Program-made: the position numbers and the translations under genes
Source: Octopus bimaculoides
Taxonomy: Eukaryota
DNA: 64,000 nt
Direction of reading: 5' to 3'
Assembly (NCBI RefSeq): GCF_001194135.2
Contig: NC_068984.1
Coordinates: 127,099,154 to 127,163,153 of the forward strand
The notes under the pieces: generated by a model
Database searches by the model: none
What the model was told of the DNA's origin: nothing
Seen by the model: only the letters and a program-made list of their open reading frames with translations
Shown here: one piece after another, positions 51,282 through 64,000 of the stretch
How positions within the stretch are numbered: position 1 is the first letter of the stretch
How the letters are laid out: the number at the start of each line of letters is the position of its first letter

Positions 51282-51690
51282 ATTTTTACTTGTTTCAGTC
51301 ATTGGATTGTGCCCATGCTGGGTTATCGCCTTGAAGGATTTAGTCAAACAAATCGATCCCAGTACTTATTTTTTTTAATTTGGGACTTATTTATTGGTCT
51401 CTTTTGCCAAAACAGCTATTTACAGGGATATAAACAAACCAACACTGGTTGTCAAGTGGTGTATATTTGTTTGTGAGTGGGATATATCCAAACATAGAGA
51501 CACACACAAATATACAAATATATATACATGTATCATAGGTTTCCACACAGTTTCCATCTACCAAATCCACTCACACAAGACATTGGTTGACTCAGGACTA
51601 CAGTAGAAGACACTTGCCCAAGGTACTGTGTAGTGGGACTGAACTCAAAACCATATGATGACAAAGCTAGTTCCTTAATCACACAACCAT
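51282..51690 (-). mobile_element. SINE family B, full length
   Basis: Reverse complement of the 50165 copy. Confidence 0.85.
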
Positions 51691-52679
51691 GCTCGAATGT
51701 TCACAAAAGAAAATTATATACCTACATTGTACCAAGTAAACTTCCACCTAATTCCTGTTAAAATCTAAACTCCCTTATTATGTACTCAAACAATTCACAC
51801 ATAAGACTTAATGATGCAACCATACTATGATGACTCATTTATGTCTGTTCATTATCCTTTTCAAGAATCTAGAAATAATTCTGCTGTATCCCATTTCAAA
51901 GAATTGCTTAATAATTATTCCTATTTGGATTCTAGATTGCCAACTTTAATTATGAAGTAATTGGCAAAATGGTAATTCTCTATGTGATAATATATAATCA
52001 AATGAAAGATAGAACAGATTAACTATACGGAACAAAGTAATGTTTATTGCAAAGTCTTTCAAATGGGATAAGTTTTGACTAAATGAATTACAACTTGGTG
52101 AATTTATAACTTCAAACAACTGCCAGATTGAGAAAATGCATTCACTGTAGTTTCACATTTAGCATTATATTATAAGAAGATAATCTGTTGATATTCATTT
52201 TATTATACAAAGGCATCTAAAAAGTAAATAAACATCATTATTCTTGAAAGATTTATTTCTCCCTTTTTCTTTGAATATTTGCTAGTTGAAGGTTTTCTTC
52301 TAGCTATTCTACTACAGAAGCCAAATTGATGGAGATACCTCACAGAAATACCCTGTGACTCATTACCAGCTACCTTACAATGTGGATCATTTTCACAAAA
52401 CCTACTCAACAGCCCAAAGGCATCTCCCAGGAGACCCAGGTCAGTCTGAGCGGGATGCTGTTGGTTCCTCTCCTTTGCTGGCAAATTATATATATGACCA
52501 CTCTGTTGACCATGGCAAGAGGAATTCCAAGGTTTTGTGCAATCTTATGCTAGTTAAATCCACTATCAGATTGACTCACAATATGCCCTTTTTCAAACTC
52601 AGTACTTTTGATTCTAGTGTTTACAACATGGCTAGTTACTATAAACAATTAATAGACCATTCAAGCCAAGTGAAATCAT

Positions 52680-53115
52680 AGTTGTGGCCAATGTAGTGTC
52701 ACATAACTGGCACCCATGCCAGTGGCACATAAAACGCACCTTTTGAACATTGGGCCTCATGGAGACAGAGTGGCCGATGCTGATGGCACATGAAAAACAC
52801 CTTTTGAGTGTTGGGCCTCATGGAAGCTATGACAAATGACCAAGACCTTTAACATTATGCTGTGCTTGACAAGAAGACCCATCACGCCAAATGAAATCGT
52901 AGTCATGGCAGATACTGGTGTCACACAAATGGCACCTGTGCCAGTGAGATGTAAAAGCACCCATTACAGTCTTGGAGTGGTTGGCATTAGGAAGGGCATC
53001 CAGCTGTAGAAACCATGCCAAATCAGACTAGAGTCTGGTACAGCGTTCCAGCCCTGGTCAAACTGCCCAACCCATGCCAGCATGGACAACAGACGTTAAA
53101 TGATGATGATGATAC
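52680..53115 (+). mobile_element. RTE 3'UTR fragment with tandem units and (GAT)n tail
   Basis: ggcac(a/g)t.aaa.c.cacctttt units then ggagtggttggcattaggaagggcatccagctg. Confidence 0.85.
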
Positions 53116-54820
53116 CGAATGAAAAATAACAATACATTAACAAGTTTGAAACAGCAAATGGTGTCCATACAGAAAAAAGCAGTATAAATGAGAGGTGTCT
53201 ATTTACTTTTGAGGTGTCCGTGTATATCATTGAAATGGTACAATGTTAAATTATCTGATTGAACATTAGCTGAATATTATGTTCTGAGAGCTGGTGTACT
53301 TTAGTAATGATATTTCAAGATTGTGTCTCAAAATAACAAGGTTATTGTATTTCAGTGTTGAAGTCTATTAAATTGTTTCTTCTTCAATTGACTAGTGGTA
53401 CCCATTATAATGACATTCATGTCATATTATCATTATATCATCAATATGTTCAGCTGCCATGCTGAGATGTTTCAAAAGCCAAAATAAAATTATCAATTCG
53501 ATCTTAACTGTTTTACTGAATCCATTTCCCATCATTGTAATAAAATTTGTTGCTTTCATTAATTTTTTTTTTATCTAAAATTATAGAACTGAATTGTATT
53601 AGACTTTACTCATGTTTCATAAAGTAGATAACTACAGTATTGCTGTTTATGCTGCAATGTTAGCTAATGTTCTCTCTGACAATTTAAGTAACTAAGTGAT
53701 TTTGAAAAATATTTAAGACATTCTATTTTCTAAATGTGCCCGCACAAAGACAATAAAAAAAGAACAGCAACAGTTTTCTATGCCACCATTCCCAAGATAG
53801 CCATCTTTTTCTTTCCTTTTTATTTTTTTCTTCATTATTAATACTGTTATTTTCATGGGGGAAAGGAAAATGATAATCTCCTGTTCAGTGCAACAAATCC
53901 TCGAGATGAGAAGTGAAGTTATTACAAGAGAACAAGTCAAATAAGATTAGCAGTTAGATTGGTGAGTTGATTGCCAACAAAGATAGGCACATATCTCATT
54001 TGAATATATACTTCCAAAGAAACAACCACTTCAAGGAAATTTTATTCACTATACCTTTCGTTCTCTCCATCCTTATATTGCTTTCTTTTTCTTCTCTCTC
54101 TCTCTCTCTTTCCACTTTTAAGGATTATTGTCACAATTAAGGAAATACATTTTGCTCTTAATTCTAAGAGCTACTACAGAAACAACAACAGCAACAACAA
54201 CAACAACAACAGCTACTACTACTAGTTGTAGCAGTAGTAGAGCAGCTATTACATGTGTAAGTGGGAAGATAAAAATGTGTATTTGATAAGAAAGCGTTCA
54301 TCAATGTTGTTAGTTGAGAGCATCAGTGATGAGTGATCGAAGCGACAGGGCGAAAGTAATCAATAAAACATAGTCAACAATCTGATCAAGATGAAACTGC
54401 AGTCTAAAGATAAATGAAATATTTGAAGGAAAAAAATATCAGTTGAACTATATCTTTCATAATAATTATCTTTAGTCTTTCTTCAGACAAATGAGGAGAG
54501 TTTTTAGTAATTTTATCAACTTAATCATCATTGCAGATAAGAAAACAGTCATTTAATTAAGAATATTATGAACTACTTCTTATATTGACAACAATGTCAA
54601 ACATTTCATTAAGAAAATAAATTTACAAGAAATATAAAATCAATCAAGTTAAACCAGTAAAATTGAATATTTTCCCAAAGGAATATCTAATTTTTACTAA
54701 TTCTTTAGTTAATGCAGCAAACTTGAATTTCAAATCATTCCAAGGTAAAAATAATCTTTTAATCTCATAAAATAATAAAGATATATAACTTTTTATTCAT
54801 TAAATGATGAGATGACTGAA

Positions 54821-54864
<44 letters not shown>

Positions 54865-56279
54865 CATGGAAGTATATATGCTAATTACAGTAACATAATT
54901 ATTTCAGGAAACAGAATTGCTTGTCAGAGCTTCAAAGATGGAATGAAGTTTATATTCTGAAGAAAGGGGTTTTTATTCCGTAAACAGTAGGAACATAATC
55001 AGCTGAGTGTTCTAAAAGATGACTCGTATATATTCAAGGTTACACAATTTTCTAAGTATTATTGATTTTACTTCAGACACCTTGATGAGGAATTGTCAGT
55101 ATAAATATCTCCACAATGGTTGTGCCATATAATTAAGGTTATTTTAACTTAGAGTCTTTTCATGTTCATTAAAGATTAGCAAAACAAAAATTAATGAAGT
55201 AAAAATTAACAAAGTAATTTTCATGTTCAAAATAGGACAAGAAGCCTGTCAGTTGAAATAATATTTTAGTATGGGACTTAGGAATGTGTAGCACAATTTC
55301 TCAACTGCCATAAAAATATTTGGAATCACCTTGTAAGTTAATTCTGAAGAAGGTTGAGATTGTGTACTAGTTGGTAGCAAACTTGACGTATATTGCCTTA
55401 AGTTTGTCATTATAGTTAGGAAAAATCTAAAGAATGTTATTGTTTAATACCTGCATCTTTCCAGTGAGTTCTTTGTCTCACAAACATTAAATAGACCATA
55501 ATAATGAGGCAGCTACCTCTTTTGACTATTTCTATGTGCAAGTCTGAAATAGATGTGACATCATTATGACCACTAGCTTGGTGGTCTACTGTTTCAATGA
55601 TCTGAACATATTTCTGCATTGGGCCTGTAACAGCATGTTCTTGAAATGTCTGATCTAAATTTAGCAAACCCATTAACATCAAGTTCGTCAAAGACACTAA
55701 CTACATTTAGCAAACCTATTAATGCTAAACCTTTCACTGAGATTCAGAAACAATGAAATTCATGCTACCAAAGCTTTTAAAAAAGATATTGAAGTGCATA
55801 ACATAACTCATCCTTTTCAATAAGGTGAATGGAATGCTTATTTGAATACAATATGGCTGAAAGGTCAAACCAGTACTTCACTAGTCAGTGGAGTTCCAAT
55901 GAATACTTAAGACACCCAACAGGCTAGTTTAAGCTAGCCAGATCATTAGTTAAGTGAATAGTCTATAGATCAATGCAGTAAGTTCACCCCCTAACTACCT
56001 ACGATTTGTAGAAAAGTGATTATTAAAGTGAGTCAAGTTCTAGCTATTTATGAACTCAAACTGATGATACTAGTGGAAGCAATCGATCTTCTGACCGAAC
56101 CAAGAAAATTTGCTTTCCATAGTCTGTTCATATTAATGATACTATATGTTAGCTGCAACTTCTGATAGAAGGGGTGGGATTTGAACTCAGAAAGCTCAGA
56201 GTCAGAACGGATACTGCAGGACATCCTGTCCAATGCCTAAACAATTTCATCAATATGCTGCTCTGAACTCATCTGAAGA

Positions 56280-56860
56280 ATAAAGTCAGGAGTTAGGGTA
56301 CAGAATCAGAGCATAGGTACATTAACCATGGAGTTCAGTTAGCATGGATACACACACTACAATGGTGCAAATTTACAGGGAACACTTGATCCAAAAGATG
56401 AAAAGTAGATAGAACCCATAAGCAGAGAAATTAACTTGGAGGGTCTCGTGCCAGACACAGCTTTGCTGATATCAAGTACAACTTTTCCTTTGTCAAGATT
56501 CTCATGAGTGAGAGATACTGACAAATGAAATAGAAGACCGAATCACCCTAGATCATACTCTATGGAAACTAAATTGGTGATCACTGAGAAAGGAGAGGCA
56601 ACATAACGACGAGGACATTTGTTTATATCTATGATCATCAGTTGGGAAATGCTGGAATTGAAAGTAATAGGGTGGTAGTTAGCAGGAAATAACCATGTTT
56701 CCATAGACTGAGACAGATGCCTCTAGAGAGATCAGGAGATTGAAAAGGTTGGCAAGGGTATGAGCTGCTTGTGCACTTTTTGAGGGTACTGGAAGTGGTA
56801 CTATCAGAATCGATAACCTCAGTGGGTTGGCGTGATCACAGAAATTGTTGGTAGGAAAGA
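56280..56860 (-). mobile_element. Jockey/CR1-type LINE reverse-transcriptase fossil
   Basis: Minus strand: ..TLANLFNL.. WKHG.. PANYHPITFNSSISQLM.. FLSDHQFSF.. LDISKA..VWHETL, matching NYRPISL / SDHQYGF / LDISKAFDxVWH. Confidence 0.8.
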
Positions 56861-59800
56861 AGACTATAAAAGTATAAATACAATATAGATTCTTAATACT
56901 GGCACAAAGCCACAGATTTAGTGAGAGGTAAATAATCAATTAGATTGTCTCCTGTAGTAGACTAGTACTTATTTTAATCAATCTGTGTAAGGATGAATGG
57001 CAAAGTCAAACTTGATGGGATCTGAATTCAGAACATAAAACTGAATAGCACTAGGTATTTTGTTTAATAAATTACTAATTCTACGGATCAACCATTCTCC
57101 AAAGTCTAAATTTAATGATAACAAACAATGACTTCTTCAGTGTAATATAAATCCTGAGTATAGTGTGTTCTTATATTTTTCAATAGAATTGAAAAAGAAA
57201 ATTAGATGAAGTAGGATCTGTCAGGAATTGAAATCAGATCATTATATACGAAATTACAGCTATTTCAAGCACCTAATCCAATGATAGCAAAAAACCAGAA
57301 GTTTCCTTCCTTCCTTCCTGGGATGATCAGTTAGTTGTCATGTAATTAAGTTAATTACATGATTTTTCAACAACAGAGGTATGTATAAATGTGTGATCAA
57401 CTTCATTGACTTCTAGGTATCATTATTAATATCCAGTTTAAGGTGGCAAGCTAGCAGAGTCATTAGCATGCCAAGTGAAATACTTAGTGGTATTTTATCC
57501 ATCTTTATGGTCTGAGTTCAAATTCCACCATGGTCAACTTTGCCTTTCATGATTATTGATATGCAGTTCTTGTACCACCCACACCAGCCACAGGAACTGA
57601 ACTCAGCAATGCAATTAACAAAGAGGGGACCTCTATATAATTGCATGCCCTGCAATAATTTATTACAACAAAAGGTCCTTCAAATCACATTGCATTTTCT
57701 TAAATAAGGAAACAACAGATAGTGTAGTCCATCATACCACTGAAAAGAGAGGAGGATCATGACTGGAATACCTTTAATCATAGGTCTTCTCAATCAAGGT
57801 TTATCTGGGGCTAATTAACAACAAACTTCTAGAGGAGTTGAAATGAGCACTGCAATTTTATAGTGTTATAAAATTAAGGAAATAATTTTTATAGTGTTAT
57901 AAAATAGTGTTTTATAGTGTTATTTCCTTTTTGATACCAGTTTACATGTAGGATATGAACTATAAGCTTTTCAGTTAGTTTTCTGATGCCTTTTCTACTT
58001 AGTAAGCCACTCTTCTTTAACCCAGACTATTCTTATTACTAACATGAAAATAGATAAATAAATCAATAAACTGTGATTTATATAACTGAATAACAATAAA
58101 TGAGTTTGATAAGTGATTAATACCTAAGTAGCATCATTTTAAAAATTAATTCATGCCCAGAATATCCTGAGTAAGAAAATCAATCAATACTGAGTTTGGA
58201 AATTAATCTAAGTCTTACCATCTTGAGTTAAAGGTACCATGTAGGAAGTTTGACACCCTTGTGATGTCAAATGATCAAAGCAATTATAGGGTACAGAGGA
58301 GTTCAATGTAAAGAACTGCATAGCTGTTTCTGGTATGATTATGGCATGACTCAAATGAATAGCAATTCTAAAAGAGATCAATAAAGAATTGAACTAACAC
58401 ACACTGGACTCATTATATTACCATAATCCACTATTATCATTAATTTCTTTCCAACAAAAACAAATAGCTTTGAACAACTAGCAGACTTGAAAGGGAGCTA
58501 TAAATGAAAGTGGCTTGTAATGAATTGCATGAGAAAACTGTGCTTTAAGTTGTAGATGTATGAAGAAAGGTTTTAATACATTGGTTATGTTTGTAAATTG
58601 TGGTGCAGTGAATAAATGCTATACATTCACTTTGTTGATGAACATTACCAGCTATCACTGTAGGAGAGCGGATGAAGAGAAGAAACAATTGTCTGCAGTC
58701 ACCAGTTTGTGCAATGAAATATGGCTCTGATTTCCTTCCAATATAACATGAAAGTCTGTTTGGTTATATAAAGTAACAATGGAAAATACAAAAGATAGTT
58801 CCCACCATCAATGTTTGCCACAGTGGGAAAACAGACATTAAAGTGAAAATGTTGAAAACAATAGTAATGAATTTTCTTAGCATAGCAGAGCACTGGGCAT
58901 TTGTTTCACTTTTAAAATATTGCATCACCAAACAAAGGATTATTATCTCATATCCTTAGCTTCCTAGGTTGTATGGGGGGGGGGGGGGAAGAATATGCTG
59001 AGAAGCCTAAATGTGGTAGAAATACAATACAAATAGATTTTATAGACAAATGAAATGAAAATTGTATAATAGTAAAATTTTATAACACTTAAGTAGATCA
59101 TTCTTAAATTATTAGTCAAAACAGCTGTGATGCTGTTTTAGTCTTTGATTATTAATGATATATTTCATGTTATCTTTCTAAGAACAAATGGAAGTAAACA
59201 AAAGCAGTAGAGAGGGGCTCCCTAGGGTGTGTTTATGACTCTAAGATAATTCCATCTATATTTTGTTAAATGGAGCCGCATTTAATGGTGATTGTGATAC
59301 ATTCAGCACCTGTACTTCTTTTAAACAGTAAATACTGTTGGTCACATTCATACTGACTGTCAATATTTTTATTAACTTTTGTGTAAACATTCTTGAGGTA
59401 AATATTTCCATTGTAAACATTCCTAGCTATATAATATGGAAGATATAGAGAACTTCTAAGCTAGATTGAACATAAAGATTATTTCTGAAAAATCAATATT
59501 TACAGTAAGGTTAAATAAAGGATTCTACATTAGATGGGGTTATATTAGTACTGTCAATGTTATTACTGACAAACAATCACTCAACTATCCAGCAGATGCA
59601 ATGACTACCTATTTCCCCTCAACTACCACAGAATATCAATAGAAATAAATGGAATGGTCAATAGAGAATGGTCAGTAGTAGTTTCAGTTTTATGACAGTA
59701 CAGAATATTATATTAGAACATAAAGATAGAGATAACTGTTGATATCATTGAAGAGAATAAAAAAAAAAGAATTTTTTTTTTATTATGCTTCAAGACACTG

Positions 59801-60232
59801 GCAACAATTTCTTTATTCATCATACACTGATGAGGACTGGATACATATTCAGTAGAAGAATAGCCAGGGAAACAGATGGTATGTTTATCATATAGGTAAG
59901 AGAAAGAGAAATACCATGTATTTGGCGGTAGAGCTCTTGGCACTCCTGCCAAATTGTTGATAAAGTAAAATCTTTATTCTACCTAATTTTTCCAGTGACA
60001 ACTGAGGCCTAATATTTTACATATTATTATTAGATTATTGTTAAAAGGATTAGTTTAAACATTTGTTTCAATCATGTTATTTTATCAATATGTCATTTTC
60101 AATACAAATGAAAAACAACTCTTTCAGTTCTGTACACTGCCATTTCCTTGTCTTCAATCTTAATACTACATGCTAAATAGACAATATATTATATCCATGT
60201 TTGTAATTCTTGATTGATTACCTCATTTATAT

Positions 60233-60401
60233 ATCATTAACACTTACTTTATACATCCTTCAGCACCAATATTTATGAAACCTGTTCTTTGTTATAATTT
60301 AGTAAATTATGTCGTGCATATTCTAAGCTATATATTCAACACTTCCATAATTTACTTACATATTTTTTATTATCTGTTCAGTCAATATTATCATTTAATC
60401 T
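60233..60401 (+). repeat. AT-rich segment duplicated at 63828-64000 (runs off window end)
   Basis: atcattaacacttacttt...caccaatatttatgaaacctgttctttgttat...aatattatcatttaatct present in both. Confidence 0.9.
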
Positions 60402-60516
60402 TCTATTAGATGTTGTAAAACATTCTCCAGTAGCTTTATATATTTTTCTATTACTGATACCATGAAACATCAGCTGATGAGTGTTGCCAGGCACACCCAA
60501 CTAAAACAGGCTTTAA

Positions 60517-60736
60517 CTCTTTAGCATTTAAACCGGCCATATCTGGCTTAAATATTCTACTTGTTTTATGCTGAAAGCAATCAGATCTAGTCTCTTTCAC
60601 CTGCACAACAATGTCATTTTGAAAATATACAATCATATCACTGAAATCTCAAAGCTATGAGATAATGCAGGATTAATTCAAAACAATGTCAATAAATAGG
60701 CATTACATTTGGCAGAGTAATCTGAATACTAAAGGG
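60517..60736. mobile_element. piggyBac-type MITE
   Basis: TTAA|ctctttagcatt ... aatactaaaggg|TTAA (TTAA at 60513-60516 and 60737-60740). Confidence 0.85.
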
Positions 60737-61976
60737 TTAAATGAACTAATGAAAATTAATTCACAAATGTATAGATTGCATACAGTAGTTCCTTGGTCAG
60801 AAAGCTGTTCATTTTGCTAAGAAAAATTAACTCTATGGATGCCAGCTGACTGAATGAAAAAAACACCCTTAGTTGTATTATGTAATACAGACTACACTGC
60901 AAAGGAAGAATCGATAAATGCACTCTTCCATAAGACATAGCAACTTTAAAGGTTTCAAGTAACAGGTCCACCACTCAAGATCTATTAAAATATTAAAAGC
61001 AATACATTGGGACAGCAGTAAAAGAAAAGTACTCATATGAAGACATAAATGTAGTTGGATAGAAGTATTGTAGAGTTAGTCTTTGTAAATAGTAAAATTC
61101 TCTTATTCTAATTGAATGAGAGAATAATGGAGTGGTTCTTGAAATGTTTAAAGAGGAAATTGATTTTAGATCTCCAATTAAAACATTGTAGAGAGATTCA
61201 GCTGTATAACTCTACTACTGAAAGTAAATATTATAGTAAGAGTAAATGAAACAAAATGAAAAAAATATATATTTATTTTTGAGTGGAGAGTAAGGATATC
61301 CATAATGAATAAAAAAAAATATTTCAATAGAATAAAATAAAATGAATACAAATTGTAATGTATAATCATTAATTTAGTATTCTAGCATGTTAGTCATAGA
61401 ATTTCAATGGCAGCAGTAGAAATTGAATAGCAGTAGAGAATAACTGGTCAAATACTGAAAGAAACTAGCTTTCTTAGTTTTGTATTTGTTTCGTAAGATA
61501 TATGTTCAAGGGGACGGGCCATATACAAATGAAGGAAGAAATTATAGAACTATAAAGTCTACCAATACAAGGGGAAACATAACTGTATCCTTGAGTCATT
61601 GAGTCAATGTTGTTGATTGAATAAAACAAAAAGAAATATCATAGATCATAAGACTAATGCTTGGTAAAAGAAATATATCTCAGTCTTAATAAACATGGGA
61701 ACACAAATAATGGTTAAGTGAATTTGATCTTTTTAAATAGATTACAAAAAATGTTTAATAAAGAATTAAACATTATAAAAATGAAGGTCTGATAAATGTT
61801 TATGGTTAAACAGTGGAAAATGTTAATATAAAATTAATTAATGTTCATTTGGATCTAATTAATTATGCAAATTAATTAAGACTAGAAAAAAACAACAGCA
61901 ATAATTAGTTCATTTTAAGTTGGTTCTAAAATCACATAGTCCATTGGGCCAGCACTTTACTTCTTCTCTTTTTCCT

Positions 61977-62190
61977 TCATCATCATCATCATCATCATCA
62001 CCATCATCAACACCATCCTCATCATCACCATCACTATTGTTTTAACATCTATTTTCCCATACTTGCAAGAGATAGACAGAGTTTACTGAAGCAGATTTTC
62101 TATGGCTGGATACCCTTCCTGTCACCAATCCTTACTTGTTTCCAAGCAAGATAATATTTCCCCATGTCCAGATGTTTTTTCTTTTTTTTT
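61977..62190 (-). mobile_element. Short element with RTE-like tail and (CAT)n
   Basis: ttctatggctggatacccttcctgtcaccaatcc resembles the reverse RTE tail motif. Confidence 0.55.
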
Positions 62191-62204
62191 TGCAGAATAT
62201 TGTT

Positions 62205-63020
62205 AGTATCTTGAGAGAAAAGCTGAACATTAGAAGCATCAGTTGTGGTGTGCAAGAGAGACGATTGCGCTGGTATGGACATGTGGTGAGAATGGATGAG
62301 GATAACTGCGTGAAAAAGTGCCACACCCTAACAGTTGAGGGAACCCGTGGAAGAGGTAGGCCCAGGAAGACCTGGGCTGAGGTGGTGAGGCAAGACCTTC
62401 GTACATTGGGCTTCACCGAGGCGATGACTACTGACCGAGACCTTTGGAAATGTGCTGTGCATGAGAAGACCCGGCAAGCCAAGTAAGATCGTTGCCAGTG
62501 CCCCTGGACTGGTTCTTGTGCGGGTGGCACATGAGATGCACCATTTTGAGCGTGGCCATTGCCAGTACCGCCTGACTGGCTCCCGTAGGATTTTCGAGCG
62601 AGATCGTTGCCAGTGCCCCTGGACTGGCTTNNNNNNNNNNNNNNNNNNNNNNNNNNNNNNNNNNNNNNNNNNNNNNNNNNNNNNNNNNNNNNNNNNNNNC
62701 ACCATTTTGAGCGTGGCCATTGCCAGTACCGCCTGACTGGCTCCCGTAGGATTTTCGAGCGAGATCGTTGCCAGTGCCCCTGGACTGGTTCTTGTGCGGG
62801 TGGCACATGAGATGCACCATTTTGAGCGTGGCCGTTTTCGTGCGGGTGACACGTAAAAGCACCCACTACACTCTCTGAGTGGTTGGCATTAGGAAGGGCA
62901 TCCAGCTGTAGAAACTCTGCCAAATTAGACTGGAGCCTGGTGTTGCCATCCGGTTTCACCAGTCCTCAGTCAAATCGTCCAACCCATGCTAGCATGGAAA
63001 GCGGATGATGAAGATGATGA
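62205..63020 (+). mobile_element. Second young 5'-truncated RTE LINE (ORF ends 62486) with 115-bp higher-order 3'UTR repeat
   Basis: Same peptide as the 47209 copy; about 7 substitutions over ~280 nt by manual count. Confidence 0.93.
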
Positions 63021-63104
63021 TTGTTAATGAATGATGTTCAATCATAACAATCATGCAATGTTAAGACAAGAACACACATGCAAGCACACACACACACACA
63101 TGTT

Positions 63105-63365
63105 CAATGGGCTTCTTTCAGATCTATCAAATCCACCCACAAAGCTTTGGTTTGCCTGGGACTATATGAGAAGACTATTACATGAAGTAAAGGAGACAGT
63201 AAACACACACATACACACATACAAGAGGCTTCTTTCAATTTCCATCTCCCAAACCCACTCACATGGCTTTGGTTGGCTATAGTAAAAGACACTTACCCAA
63301 GGTGCTTCATAGTGGAACTGAACCAGAGACCATATGGGTGGGAAGCAAACACCTTACTCCACAGT
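63105..63365 (-). mobile_element. Two partial family B SINEs in tandem
   Basis: ggcttctttca...atccac.cac...gctttggtt occurs twice. Confidence 0.7.
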
Positions 63366-63607
63366 CAAATCTGTACCACTTCATACTTTTCATTCTCTGC
63401 CTATCTCTTTTTTTTTTTACTCAACAAGTCCTAACTATAGTTAAATGCTGGGCTGATGAAGAGTTAACAGACATTAAAATCAAGAAAGTGACACCATAAA
63501 CAAATTCAAAGATTATTTTACAGTGATACAACAATATTTCTGATAGAAAAATCTTATACTTTTTCCATTTGGCCAATGGTTAAATGTTATATATCAGTAG
63601 CACTTAC

Positions 63608-63825
63608 AAGGCAGTGGAGCTGGTAGAATTGTTAGCACACTGGATGCAATGCTTAGTGGTATTTCACCTGTTGCTATGTTCTGAGTTCAAATTCCACCAG
63701 GATTGACTTTGCCTTTTATCCTTTCAGAGTCAATAAATTAAGTACCAGTGAAACACTGGGGTTGATGTAATTGACAAGTCCCCTCCTCCAAAAATTTGAG
63801 ACTATGTGCTTTTAGTAGAAAGGAT
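63608..63825 (+). mobile_element. SINE family A; other copies ~44345-44530(-), 45240-45400(-), 49940-50150(+), 56130-56260(-), 56880-57080(-), 57440-57560(+)
   Basis: aaggcagtggagctggtagaattgttagc...gttctgagttcaaattcc...ataaattaagtaccagtg. Confidence 0.9.
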
Positions 63826-64000
63826 GCATCATTAACACTTACTTTATATATTCTCCAACACCAATATTTATGAAACCTGTTCTTTGTTATTTATAATTAG
63901 GTAAATTATGTTCTGCATACTCTAAGTTATATATTTAACACTTTCATAATTCACTTACATATTCTTTATTATCTGTTCAACCAATATTATCATTTAATCT

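Noticed and set aside
52318-52439. Plus-strand exon candidate (SQIDGDTSQKYPVTHY...)
   Set aside because: No recognisable homology or phase-linked partner exon
54318-54362. GTGATGAG...CGAAAG hammerhead-like string
   Set aside because: Core mutated and stems I and III cannot be formed
55437-55697. 86-aa minus ORF with possible splice sites
   Set aside because: Several alternative boundaries and no motif support
59795-59878. Plus-strand 84-nt exon candidate
   Set aside because: AAG acceptor is weak and there is no recognisable product

Overview
AT-rich, repeat-saturated eukaryotic DNA from a gapped draft assembly (10 N-runs, most flanked by (TA)n or tandem repeats). The SINE, RTE and microsatellite landscape looks like an octopus genome; this is recalled pattern recognition, not a database result. 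There is no complete gene. Two well-supported, phase-compatible minus-strand exons (36791-36979, 34048-34290) and a possible membrane-protein exon (28129-28346) suggest much of the window is intronic. The rest is layered TE debris: several tRNA-derived SINE families, young and old RTE LINEs, a Jockey/CR1-type RT fossil, Penelope-like (PLE) GIY-YIG fragments, three Tc1/mariner DD37D (maT-like) remnants, hAT- and piggyBac-type non-autonomous elements, MITEs, a foldback-like element and a probable solo LTR. The most unusual object is a 485-bp TSD-flanked, largely palindromic insertion (48221-48705). It joins a tRNA-derived Pol III promoter to a PLE-type minimal hammerhead-ribozyme motif, suggesting a SINE-like element mobilised by Penelope machinery. 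Coordinates were counted by hand; repeat boundaries are approximate.
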